The position numbers and the translations under genes are program-made. From Bispira polyomma (Eukaryota), in contig OZ287748.1 in the NCBI GenBank assembly GCA_965649765.1, positions 16,616,001 through 16,680,000 of the forward strand: a stretch of DNA of 64,000 nt. Direction: 5' to 3'. Below the pieces are notes generated by a model. The model worked only from the letters and a program-made list of their open reading frames with translations. It was not told where the DNA came from and made no database searches. Shown here piece by piece: positions 51,201 through 62,954 of this stretch (positions are counted from its first letter, which is position 1; each line of letters starts with the position of its first letter).

Positions 51201-54200
51201 AATCAATGTGGTTGAAGAAAAACAAAAACTACTGATTATTACAAGTCTACATGGGCTGACATATTTCTATGCTAAAATCATAATTTCAAGGTTAAAGTTA
51301 AACTAAGGTCAATTGAGGATGGTGTAAATGTTAAAATTATATTTGTACTTAACTATGAATTCCTCTCACACTGGGTTTCTCAGATATATCAGTACATCCT
51401 GATATTTAAGGTCAAGGTTAAAGTTAAACTAAGGTCAATTGACGATGGTGTAAATGTTAAAATGATTATTTGTTTTAAAAATTAATTTATTTTAACGGTT
51501 TGCTCAGATAACAGACTGGACAAAGGTTATAAGGGTCAAGGACATAACTCTTGGAGGCCAAAGTAAAACAGGTCAAGACTGTCACAATGCATATACAGAA
51601 CCTAATCATCATTGGGTCAGCCACTGGTAAATACTGTATCATGAATGGGAGTTTCTACCATTACATTGGTGTATAGCATCATTTTAGCAGGAGAAAATCC
51701 CACCAGTCCTTGTGCATCACAATATCATTATATCATCAAAAAGATAGTTAAAACTGTCAAATATTTAGGCCTATTCAGCTTTTTTTTTAGATAGTTGCTG
51801 AAGTTCGCCGACTTCATTATTATGGCATTTTTGTTTAGTGATGGCATCCCATAGATCCAAGTAACCCACACACATACACACAATTTCTGTTTGGCGAGGA
51901 CATTCCCATGTCCAAGTAAGAGTATTTTCATTTTTTAAAACATCTCATATTTGTGATATAAAAATACACATCGGACAAACTCTGTACTTCTTACAGAACA
52001 TAAATTTACTTACCACTTGTCCTGTGTTTGGGTTTTTATGCATGAATGGCGGCCCCCTGATATGGTTCCACATTTGTCCTGACGTCATGGCAAAGATGAT
52101 ACACTGCAATATGAAAGGGTGTTTCACCGTTTCAATTAATACAGTAGAACCTTTATTTTTCCAAAGGCAGAGCAAGAATTTTTTTTTGAATAATGGAATG
52201 TTGATAAAATAAACATATATATCAACACGAAAACAGCATCAGAGATGCACAAACGCCACAGCCTTTGAGTTAAATCAAACCATGACATTGCAAAACTACA
52301 CCAACTAAGGAGTCTTCGTACTAAATATGAAATTCCTCTGCCTCACAGTTTGCAACAACTAGCATGGACAAACTTCGACATTTTGCCCACCGCCCGCCTG
52401 CCTAATTGTCCACCGCCCAATTGCCCACCAAAGCCTGTTTACAGCCTGTTGGGCAAAAAAATATATTTGGGAAAGTGATAATTAGTTTTCAAAATCAAAT
52501 ATTTAGATAATATAAGTTTTGATAAAAAGTTCTACTGTACAACAGGTTTTTTTTTCTATAAATGAAATGTTAACATTCATTTAAATATGGCTTTGAGTGA
52601 GCAACTTGATAATATTATCAGATATTGGGAGCTTAACTGCAAAAAAATATAGGACTGCTTGTAAATTGAGGACAGTACAACCGACATTTAAATATGCTGG
52701 GCTATTGTTTTTCCTCTTTGGTGTCTTTTTTTAACATTCCTTATTTATGCCAGGTATTTTCTACAGCATAACATCCGAATCTATTAGCCATTAATCATGA
52801 TCCTAATACATAGTTAATTGGTTCCTCTCTTGCCTCGGATGTTGTCTCCTAATGACGATTACAGAGTCACCAGGAGTGAAAATAGGAAATCTCAAAACAA
52901 CAGGCCAACGCCCAGCTAGGAGTCGAACCAGGGACTTTCTGATCACCAAACCAACTGCCTAACCATTGGGCCATGGGAAGCCAAAATAATTCTATTTATT
53001 CTAAAGAGGTATGTGCTTACTAACACTGTTTACTTACTAAAGCTGTATAATTATTGATAGCGGGTACTTACTAAAGCTGTATATTTATTGATAGTGGGTA
53101 CTTACTAGAGCTGTATATTTATTGATAGCGGGTAATTACTAATGCTGTATATTTATTGATAGTGGGTACTTTCTAAAGCTGTATATTTATTGATAGTGGG
53201 TACTTACTAAAGCTGTATATTTATTGATTGTAGAAACTTACTAAAGCTGTATATTTACTGATAGTGGGTGCTTTCTAAAACTGTATATTTATTGATAGTG
53301 GGTACTTACTAAAGCTATACATTTATTGATAGTGGGTCCTAACTAAAGCTGTGTATTTATAGATAGTGGGTACTTACTAAAGCTGTATATTTATTGATAG
53401 TGGGTACTTTCCAAAGCTGTATATTTATTGATAGTGGGTATTTACTAAAGCTGTATATTCATTGATAGTGGGCACTTACTATACTGTATATTTCTTGATA
53501 GTGGGTACTTAGTAAAGCTGCATATTTATTGATTGTAGGTACTTACTAAAGCTATATATTTATTAATAGTGGGTACTTACTAAAGCTGTATATTCAATGA
53601 TAGTAGGTACTTACTATACTGTATATTTCTTGATAGTGGGTACTTACTAAAGCCGCATATTTATTGATTGTAGGTACTTACTAAAGCTATATATTTATTG
53701 ATAGTGAGTACTTACTAAAGCTGTATATTTATTGATAGTGGATACTTGCTAAAGCTGTATATTCATTGATAAGAGGTACTTACTAAAGCTGTCATTTTTT
53801 GACAGCGGGTACTTACTAAAGCTGCTATCCCCCAAGACGTCTTGTTATACAGGAACTCCAGGTTGTTTCTCCTCAAGTAGAGCAGCCCAGCAATTACAGA
53901 AAAGAGTAGAGCCAGTGCCAGGGTACCCGAGTAGTTAGGGGGGCGGAAAATACGCACCTGAAATAGATATCACAATAGTATGCACTAGCTATTGTATCAA
54001 ATTGGTATTTTTCTGTATCGATATTTCTATATTTTTTCCGACGTTTACTCAAAATTTACAATACCAGAACCTGGTATGCACCTGAAATATTAGCTAGTGT
54101 AGAAGAGGTCAAACAAGAGAGCCATATTTTGTCATTTATTTTTTTAACTAAAATGTTGCATCAGAAATCAAACTTGGGCCTCTAAATTAAGAAGTACAGT

Positions 54201-57200
54201 GGAAGTAAAAATGTGTTCATAAAATTAAATATTTGGAAAAATAAAGGTTGTACAGTAATTTGAAACTTTGGTGCTCTTAAATCGTCAAATTTTTGATCAA
54301 TCCTGCACTCTAGAAATACTACAAATGATAATAATAATGACATGTCAATTTATACTTCTCATTATTTTTATAGAGCAACTGTGGCTTCAGCTATACTGTT
54401 TTAATTAAGGTTTTATTTAATTAATGGTGTTTTTCTGTATATACTCACATTGATGTCTGTCCTTTCCATGATCCACCTCTGTATTTGTTCAGCTGCAAAT
54501 CCAATTCTAAAAATACAACCAAATGGCAGCCATTTTATATAGAGATGGGGCGGTACCTAGAATTTGTGTCCGGGATATCGCTTAACCTTGTCAAGTGAAG
54601 TTTTTATGATCTACATGCAACCCTAAACTACTGGAAAATCTCAAATCAGGTGTATTTGTATGATAAGCATGGACCACTACCTAGTTAAACTACCTAATCT
54701 TCCGCTGTGGCCTAGTGGGTAACACACTTGGTCAAGAACAGAGGACCTGAGTTTAATCCCAGCCTGGGAGTGACCAGGTATAGGCAGGTACAAGCATTTG
54801 AATACGAAACAATAAGTTTACATTAACTGCACTACTGGTTAAATGCTACATAGCAGATAGAGTATTACGTATTTTGTCATAAATGGTGATAAATCTGCTT
54901 TTTAATCTACCAACGAGAAACCAAGATATGATCAAATTTGTCATATTTGCAATATTAAGTATATTTTGTACCTAAAAAATTTTCTCTTGCTTATCTATCT
55001 TAATTCTCTCCCGGACACACCCCACGTCCTTCCTTATGACTTGGATATGTTTATAGACAACACGATTGGTTAACTGATTCTATTGTTGCACTTTAAAAGA
55101 TCTTTAGCACCAATAAAGCATGTTAAAAATGCATAATAATAACTCTCTGCAAGGTAAAAACCTGCGACAATTTGACATATTTTAGTGTGGACCTGGGATT
55201 GACATTAAAGCCGAAGAGCCAGTTGTACATGGTGTCTCCCTTTCTTACCTGTGAATGTCCATGGTGTCTCCCTTTCTTACCTGTGAACGTCCATGGTGTC
55301 TCCCTTTCTTACCTGTGAATGTCCATGGTGTCTCCCTTTCTTACCTGTGAATGTCCATGGTGTCTCCCTTTCTTACCTGTGAATGTCCATGGTGTCTCCC
55401 TTCTTGGGTTTACCCTTTGGCGGGAAGTGCATGACCACTGGTGCAGAGTTGATTTTTAACTGTTGAAAACAAAACAAAACCAGTGTAAAACCAAAACCTC
55501 CATTATCCATACATGTCTGAGGGAGCAAGCTTTTGTTTAGATCATCAAATGGAAGGGAAATTTTATATTAAAAATTTCACAGTCGAATTACGTTCATAAA
55601 ATTTAATATTCAGATAATTTGGATTCATTTGGGTTTTTACATCGCTTTCAACAGCTTAAGTCATATAGCAACAGCCCCAGATTCAATAGTGGAAGAAACC
55701 GATGCTGAAACACTGTAAACCACTGACCTAGGTCAAGTACCTTACTAAATTTCCCACATGACAGAATAAACAGGATTCGAAAGCGTATTGGTGAGAATTT
55801 AGTTTTCCATCGCTTTTAACACTTTAGGTCATATCACTATGGCCAGTTTCAATGGTGGAAGAAACCAGTGGTGAAGCCACAGTATAAAGCACAGTCCTAA
55901 GGCAAGTACCTGACAAACTTTCCTACACCCACATTGCTGAGAGGCTTGTGCTTGAGAAACACAGGCTAATAACCAGTAGGTTACCTTGGCCCCTAAATCT
56001 TGAGAAATTGGAATCTATTATAACATAAGAGTATCTATCGCCCATCCACTTTTTGCCTGTTTGTTTGTTACTAGGATTAGACAAAAACTACTGAATACAT
56101 TAACATGAAATTTGGAGCATGTGGAAAAACTCGTAAAATTGAATTTTTAAATCAATTTTACTTGTAACTTGTTAACAATTTAGCTTCACGTTTTGTTTGA
56201 GCATACTATTATATTTTTTCTCGATGCCCCGATATTGAAAGGATTTAACCTCTGATATTGATCTTGTAAAACATAAACGACTCACCCACTATCCTGCAGA
56301 CATTTATTTATCAGACAAAGAACTTACCGAGTTGAACACATCGGGTCCTTCATCGTAATCAACCATGGCAAAGAAGAGTTTGTTTGAGAACTGGCCACTG
56401 TACCGCCAAGAGTTGGCCACTATCTGGAATTCTTCATTAGCTTGTCTGAAATATACAGTTTAGATGCATTCCAGGCTCTTACTTTCATCAACTGTATGTG
56501 ATATCACGACAGATAATTTATTTGGTTGGGAGGAAAAGCAGAGGAACAGGGTAATTTCTAGTTGGTTGTTGATTTTAGTAAACCACCAACAGCCCTTCAG
56601 CAAGTCTACTGCCAACTTGCCCAGGTACATTACATGACCAAGATTTGGAGCCATTAATGCTGACGTGGGAGGCAACAGTGTTACCTCAACACCACTGTGT
56701 CCAGAAAAAGAATGGATTCACTTTCATCACAACATTTTTTGTAAGGGATCACTTATGTTACCACCATCCTTGTAAGGGTCACTTTTTGTAACAATTTTTA
56801 TTTTTTTGTATTTTAAATATTTTGTACAAGATACAGAAGTATACAGGTTTTGATTTTTGTTATTACTTTTGAGAAAAAGTAGTTCTGTTCATCAGTTTCA
56901 TTTAACATAACGATTTTATTTACGTTTAGCATAACGCAGTAGATAATACTAGATATATTTATTGAAACATTCATGAACAGGCTATAAAAAATTACCATAT
57001 ACTTTTGTCTTGATTTCTATGATGCTTTAGAAGATGCCTCCCATCGAGTAGGTGTAAGGCTGCCGCAAATAGCCGAATAATAATCCACTTCCCAAAAGTA
57101 AAAAAATGTTTGAATGAGAAATATGCAATTTGATAATCGAAAGTAGCCTGCTACAAGTCAATTAACCACATATATATAAAGAAAAGAAAATTACACCAAA

Positions 57201-57795
57201 ACATTAAAATGTATCCAAACGTATAACAGCCTTCTCAAAATAACCTGTTTATGATGTACACTGTTGATGCCAGGTTTTCATGCTGATGTCCTGAATATAT
57301 GTGCTTTAACAGTATAGCCTCGTTTTGAGTTTGGAGATATCCTGGTACTAAGATAATTGACGGTAACCAATACTCATTCTTATGAAATATAACAATTTCA
57401 AACTAGTGTATACTCGCTGATTTTTCATGTACATGTATATGTATATATTTGGCTAAATACAGAAAGACATTAGGTTCTAGTGATAGAATTATGTATTTTT
57501 CAATTACGATTTTTTAAAACGAATATGTAATACCAAATAGATTATCCGCAAACAAAGCGTTGAATGCAAAGCTGTATGCAGCCTTAATTTGGGCATGTTA
57601 AACATCTATATAAAAGCTTACTTACTTGCAGACAGAACACTGTCTCTGTGGCTGTAAGGCTGTTAACATAACTATAATGGAGTAGTTCCGCGGCGACGTC
57701 TTCAGATACTGTTTGAACTTGTCCCCGTTCAAACGTATCACAGATTTCTTGTGGCTCCATTCTACCAACTGCTCGACTTTCTGTGAAAGCTGTTG
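42270..57795 (-). CDS. TUSC3: TUSC3/MAGT1-like oligosaccharyltransferase subunit (OST3/OST6 family), spliced, 5'-partial; coding exons 57795-57626, 56445-56328, 55459-55377, 54506-54449, 53957-53817, 52103-52014, 50291-50228, 45788-45714, 44841-44751, 42285-42270
   Basis: Ten exons with GT-AG boundaries and compatible phases join into a 906-nt open frame. It contains the thioredoxin-like CSVC motif and family motifs [47 protein letters not shown] and [14 protein letters not shown]. The signal-peptide exon was not found. One invertebrate gene corresponds to both vertebrate TUSC3 and MAGT1. Confidence 0.96.
42760..42987 (-). mobile_element. tRNA-derived SINE (relatives at about 3110-3290, 45480-45610, 55620-55990)
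   Basis: A-box TGGTCTAGTGG, B-box-like GGTTTGAATCC, shared body GGTGGAAGAAACC...GGCAAGTACCTG...AACTTT. Confidence 0.75.
43585..43830. repeat. Degenerate ~20-bp minisatellite (TTTATGACCCCCAAAAAAAT)
   Basis: Visible periodicity. Confidence 0.8.
44751..44841 (-). CDS. TUSC3: TUSC3/MAGT1 exon, 91 nt ([31 protein letters not shown])
   Basis: tttcag acceptor, AG|GTATGC donor, last TM helix plus YPY motif. Confidence 0.95.
44817..45120 (-). repeat. Diverged 67-68 bp tandem repeat containing the acceptor junction of TUSC3 exon 44841-44751
   Basis: CTGAA (minus TTCAG) at 44842, 44909, 44976, 45044 with similar flanks. Confidence 0.85.
45714..45788 (-). CDS. TUSC3: TUSC3/MAGT1 exon, 75 nt ([25 protein letters not shown])
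   Basis: Preceded by U12 branch site TTCCTTAAC and CAG; GTATGT donor. Confidence 0.95.
45789..50227 (-). other. U12-type (minor spliceosome) GT-AG intron
   Basis: 5' site GTATCCTTA; branch site TTCCTTAAC (45809-45801) ending 12 nt before the exon; no long polypyrimidine tract. Confidence 0.93.
45987..46422. mobile_element. hAT-type MITE (second copy at about 60950-61395)
   Basis: TIR TAGTG(C/T)TGG; 8-bp target duplication TGTATTGG. Confidence 0.88.
50228..50291 (-). CDS. TUSC3: TUSC3/MAGT1 exon, 64 nt ([21 protein letters not shown])
   Basis: ttttcag acceptor, U12-type donor GTATCCTT. Confidence 0.95.
52014..52103 (-). CDS. TUSC3: TUSC3/MAGT1 exon, 90 nt ([30 protein letters not shown])
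   Basis: ttgcag acceptor, GTAAGT donor, hallmark [12 protein letters not shown] motif. Confidence 0.96.
53016..53824 (-). repeat. 33-34 bp minisatellite, about 24 copies, containing the donor junction of TUSC3 exon 53957-53817
   Basis: Minus-strand unit CAGCTTTA|GTAAGTACCCACTATCAATAAATATA. Confidence 0.96.
53817..53957 (-). CDS. TUSC3: TUSC3/MAGT1 exon, 141 nt ([11 protein letters not shown]...SWGIAAL), first TM helix
   Basis: tttcag acceptor, GTAAGT donor. Confidence 0.95.
54449..54506 (-). CDS. TUSC3: TUSC3/MAGT1 exon, 58 nt ([19 protein letters not shown])
   Basis: ttttag acceptor, GTGAGT donor, GFxAEQ..W..RTD motif. Confidence 0.93.
55228..55402 (-). repeat. 32-bp minisatellite, about 5.5 copies, containing the donor junction of TUSC3 exon 55459-55377
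   Basis: Minus-strand unit AAGGGAGACACCATGGACATTCACAG|GTAAGA. Confidence 0.97.
55377..55459 (-). CDS. TUSC3: TUSC3/MAGT1 exon, 83 nt ([28 protein letters not shown])
   Basis: caacag acceptor, AG|GTAAGA donor, NSAP cis-Pro loop motif. Confidence 0.93.
56328..56445 (-). CDS. TUSC3: TUSC3/MAGT1 exon, 118 nt ([39 protein letters not shown])
   Basis: tttcag acceptor, GTAAGT donor, phase continues from the previous exon. Confidence 0.95.
57626..57795 (-). CDS. TUSC3: TUSC3/MAGT1 exon, 170 nt ([10 protein letters not shown]...PQRQCSVCK)
   Basis: tttccag acceptor, AA|GTAAGT donor, CxxC motif. Confidence 0.93.
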
Positions 57796-58251
57796 CTGGA
57801 AAGACATAATCACTATTATTTTCAAAAAAACAATGCTGATATGTGGGGTATTAAATAGTGTTAAAAATTATAAGAATAAGTATAAAATATCAGGATACTT
57901 AACACATAGCTCAATGAATTTTACCAGGCTCATCCGCGTCATCATTCAAGTATCTAATACATGTCACTATTTTAACATTACAAACTCCGTCTGAATGCAA
58001 GATATTCCCAAGTTCCAACTTTAGTGAAATATTGGTATTTAGTGATCTCGAGAATCTCTTAAAGGTTGGGGGGGATAATTAAAGAGGGGGCCTTTATTAC
58101 ACAGAAAACGGTATTTATGGACCTTAAGTACGCCACACACAATACAATTTCCCATCAGCAACAATTTCTCTAAGACAAAAAGCTGCAAGACTTTTCATTT
58201 GTCTTCTCTTTAGTTTATATTTTATCGATGGATAAGTGATCTAAAGAAGAA

Positions 58252-59988
58252 ATATTATTATTATTATTATAGATTTTTAACGCGCTTTATTGATGCTAGG
58301 CATCTTCTAAAGCGCAACAGCAGAATCATTAGTCCAATCATTAAGTCCATGGAAATTGCAGAGTCGTAAGGAAGGAAGTGGGAGCGTGCACGAGGAAAGC
58401 TAAGGTGGGTAGGCAAGATTAAAAAGATAGGTTTTAAGCTTTTTCCTAAAACCGATGTGTGTCAACTGATCTGAGGTCAACTGGGAGACTGTTCCATAAC
58501 CGTGGAGCTGCGGTGGAGAACGCTCTGAAACCCGCCTTTCTGATTGGTCTGACCGAAGTGACAGAGAGTCTGTTGCCTCTCTTGCGGTTACTAAAGGAAA
58601 GAAGGGAGGCAAGGTAAGGTGGCTGTTGAGTGATTACAGCCTTAAAAGTGGTAACGTGAATTTTAAACAAAATTCGAAATTTAATGGGCAACCAGTGTAA
58701 TTTTTTGAGGTAAGGAGTAACGTCTGTGTGACAACCCAGGCGAAAAATGACCCTACATAGGTAGTTTTGGATGGACTGGAGCTTTTTAATGTTTGACTTA
58801 TTTGCTTCGTACAAGAGAGAATTGCAGTAGTCGAGGCGGCTACTTACAAGGGCATTTGCCACAATTATCGCTGTGTCCATGGACAAGTGGTTTCTGATTC
58901 TTTTGATGTCGCGTATGTGGTAATAGCAGGAGCGACAGATGTTGGCAACACGAGTATTGAACGAAAAAGCTGAATCAAAAGTGACACCCAGGTTTTTAGC
59001 ATTTTCGGAAGGTAGTATGTCTTTTCCCAGCAGGGAGATGGGAAACAAAGATTTTAGGAGTTCACTGTTTTTCTTGTTTCCTATGAGGATGAATTCTGCT
59101 TTGTCAGGGTTAAGCTTTAGTTTGGAGTAGTTCATCCACGCCTGGACATCAGACAGACAGTCTGCAAGTAGGTCTATGTTAGTCTCTGCGTTTTGTGGAT
59201 TGAGGGAGAAATAGACTTGAGTGTCGTCTGCATACATGTGGTGTTTTATATTGTGTTTATTGATGACAGTGCTGAGAGGATGTGTATAAAGGGTGAAAAG
59301 TAGAGGACCAAGGACGGATCCCTGGGGTACTCCATATGGAAGTTTTATGGAAGATGATAGGTGATCATCTAGTTTAATTCTTTGTGCCCTAAGAGTAAGG
59401 TAGGATCTGATCCATTTAAGGACACTGCCATTTATACCGAACCACTGCTTGAGAGGATCTGATCCATTTAAGGACACTGCCATTTATACCGAACCACTGC
59501 TTGAGAGTTTCGCAGAGCAGGACATGATCAATAGTGTCGAATGCAGCTGAGAGATCCAGAAGGGTGAGGGCCACTGTGTCATTGCGGTCCAGTGCAAGAT
59601 TGATATCATTGCTGATGGAACAAAGGGCACTTTCTGTAGAGTGAAATTTTCTATAAGCAGACTGGTGGCGATTTTCAATGTTTTGTCTATTAAGGTGGTC
59701 AGAAATTTGTTTAGCTACAGCTTTCTCGATGACTTTTGAGACGAAGCTAAGGTTTGACACCGGTCTGTAGTTTTTGAGATGGTTTTTATCAAGCCCTTGG
59801 TTTTTAATCAAGGGAGTTACATTTGCTGTCTTGAAACAGGTGGGAAAAACACCATCCCGAAGAGAAAAATTTAATATATTTGTTATGGGTGTGACAAGAA
59901 TGTCAAGACATTGACTCAGAATAACTGCTGGGATGGGATCTAAGTCACAAGATTTAATAGTAGAGGATTTGATGAGTTTCAGAACTTC
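58252..59988 (-). mobile_element. Relatively young 5'-truncated L2/CR1-group LINE in the TUSC3 upstream intron; RT broken by a 52-bp tandem duplication
   Basis: 345-aa ORF with GVPQGSVLGPLLF, YADD, HWLPI; upstream NYRPVSNL and LLDLSAAFDTIDH; (AAT)n tail. Confidence 0.94.
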
Positions 59989-60299
59989 AAAAAAAGTTGA
60001 TTGTTTGACAAATTTTGTGGTAATATTTTGAGAGATTATTCAGTTTAATTATTTTCGGGGCCAGTAGTTTTCACTTTTCCTATAGCAGACAATGACTCAG
60101 CTAGTTGTGACTTTACATCTGACAGTGATGGCTCGACTCACATTGCCCATTCTGATGACTTCCATGAGGAGGACTCTGATCACACTCCAGGTGACTCTCA
60201 ACTATCAAATAATGAGATCCATTCACCCAAGTGATATTTCTTTTAAAGTTCCTCAGTCTGTAGAAGATTATGTGGCAGATGAACAGCCTGATGCCTCTA

Positions 60300-62030
60300 T
60301 CCACCACCAAGGAGATGTTACTAATGAGCTGGTTGAGAAATCATCGCAGACTGGTAAGAGGTTGAAAGATAAATTAATAGACAGTTCAGGGCTTCTCACA
60401 TAATGTGAAACGGAAAAGGGGAAGCTGTACTTACTGGCAGTGCACACAGTACGCAGCAGTGCACAGTATGCAACAAAGTCATCAACTGTAAAGTCTGTAA
60501 AGGCAACTGTCTTTGAAAGAGGGGGTTGTTAAAAGACAGTATTGCACTCGCACTTTCTATCTTGTCAACCACGAACAACAACATATCACAAAATTCAAAA
60601 TGATGTAAAGAAACAGGCAGCTGTACACCATTTCAAATCTGCTGCAGCTATTGCAGAAGTCCTTTCCACACAAGCTGGAGATCAGCCAATGCCCACCTTT
60701 CTAAGTGTGGAGAATTTGCACTTGTTTGGCAATAGATCGCAGGGGGAAAATGCGCCCACCATAGCCTAAGGACCTTTCATTCTACATAAATGAAAGCCAC
60801 ATCCCTACTGATTTCTACAGACAAAATTTTAAAGTGAATGGCAGATGTCACCTTATTTTTGCCACTGATCACCAGCTTAAGACTTTTAGCCTCATCAAAG
60901 ATATATTCTTCGGCCTAATAGTTAGTGTGGCAGACTTTGCATCTTAGGTTATTGAGTGGACGATTCGACGAACGTCTAAGCGTTCATTGGTCTATTGACC
61001 CATAGACGTCGATCGGTAAAAATCATCAGAAAATCTATCTTTACTACCAAAAACACAGCAAAGTTATTAACTTCAACTAACATATATTTTTACGTTTTCA
61101 TGTGATGTAAGATAGTTTTCAAGTCAAATAAAGCAATTTTTGTCGCTTTTATATTTGTTATCGTTTATCGCCATGTTTACTGGAAGTCATTTTTGTTAGC
61201 GGTTAATACTAAATGTCGAACATTTAACCAAATTCTTAACGGATATCAATATATATTTACCCAGGGATGGCAGGATAGGTAACTTAACAATAAAAAAATA
61301 TATACTTATGTGAATAATCGATTACAGGTCGATCATCAGTCGGACAATTAAGCACTTAATCGACCTGCAAAAGACAGACCAATTCCACTCCCTATCTCTG
61401 GTATCTGGAGAGCCATGGTTTGATCCTCGCCTTCAGGCCTGGAGATTGTACCTTTGGACAAGGTGCTTTACACAAAGTTGTGCCTCTCTACCCAGGTGTA
61501 TAAATGGGTACCTGGCCACTAATGGGTGTTAGTCTTTGTGCACTGCAGGTGGCAGCACAGCTAGTATGCTCCCTGAGGTAGCTAAGACTGAGCAATTAGT
61601 TGACAAGTGAAAGAACCCAGGCTGGGGTAATAATGTCAAAGTGCATTTGATAACAGTGATGTTGGAAGTGCGCTATATTAAATTGAACAATTATTTAATT
61701 GAACAATTATTATGTTGATGCCACCTTCAATGTGGTGAAACAGCCTTTCACACAACTATTTTCTGTGCACTCCTTTATCAAAAAAGATGGTAAGCTTAAG
61801 CAGGTGCCTCTTCTTTTTGGCCTTGTGTCAGGAAAAAGAAAGGCAGACTATAAAAAGGTCATGAAGAAAATCAGACGCTTGTTACCTTTAGCTCCCCAGT
61901 TGTGAAACTGGTGACGGAGATTGAGGCTGCTATTTAGAAAGATGTCCTACGGAGGTTTTCCGACCATAAAAATCAAGGACCGTCTATTCCACTGAAATCA
62001 GGCATTTAATAAAAAAATTAGATAGCTTAG
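60300..62030 (+). mobile_element. Degenerate Mutator/MULE transposase (FLYWCH-like + DDE) interrupted by a SINE that itself carries a hAT MITE
   Basis: YVDATFNVVKQPFTQLFSVH...QVPLLF..SGKRKADY; TYWQC; HLIFATD; SINE body TTGGACAAGG...ACCCAGGTGTATAAATGGGTACC at about 61450-61520. Confidence 0.8.
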
Positions 62031-62954
62031 ACTTCTACCACATTAACTTTGTATGTATTTTACAATGAATATATTTTTATTAAGTACGCCGAAAACCCCA
62101 AACGATCATCATACATTATCGTTGTTTTATGGAACTTTGACGCACATACAATTAGACACAAATCACCTTTAGCAACATTCAAAGTTCACTATTTCAAATT
62201 ATTACTTTTTCAATACACAAATAATCAGTCAACAATAAATCTCTCAACAATAAAGTTTTTGAATTGTCGATATTATTGCATAAACCTGGAAATACACCTC
62301 TCAGTAAAAACCCATCAGTGTCAGATATCGTACGAGATATCGTATACGTGGTTGAAAATACACCTCTCAGTGATTTTTTGATCCTGTCAGATATCGTGTC
62401 AGATATTACATGGAAGAAAGTGCAAGATAATAAAAATACATATATTGAATACAATCTACTTACTTGGCAAATATTGTAGAGATCCTTATTGTTATCTTTT
62501 TATGTTATCAAATGCCTGTACATTCAGACAGACAGATATTGCTCTAGAGAGGAAAGTGCTTTAATACCAGGAAAGTGAGTTTTATTGAATAGAAACCTAT
62601 AATATTATTTTAAAGAATTAAATAGTCTCTCTAAATAGGACTATAGTATCTAAAAGTTCAGTATTTTAATTTGTTCTTACTTGAATGTATCTTATTATGT
62701 GTAAACATAATATTAACCACAAACTAAAACTAGTTCTTGTGATAATTAAGATTAATTAAGATTACATACAATGTGTCTACATTATCTAACGGTGGGAAAG
62801 ATAATACAGATGAACCCATTTAGTATAAATCTGTCATGATTTTTCTGTTAAGTAGAAGTGAATTTGAAGTAGTCCTTTAATTACAATACATAAAATTTAT
62901 AATGAAAGATGTGTAAATTTGGAGATTACTAAACCATATTATTTTCTTATGTTA

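Noticed and set aside
52905-52980. tRNA-like sequence on the minus strand (also about 54700-54770 and 25905-25935)
   Set aside because: A/B-box remnants without a complete cloverleaf; best explained as SINE heads
53016-53824. 34-bp repeats as CRISPR direct repeats
   Set aside because: Contiguous with no spacers; derived from a splice junction
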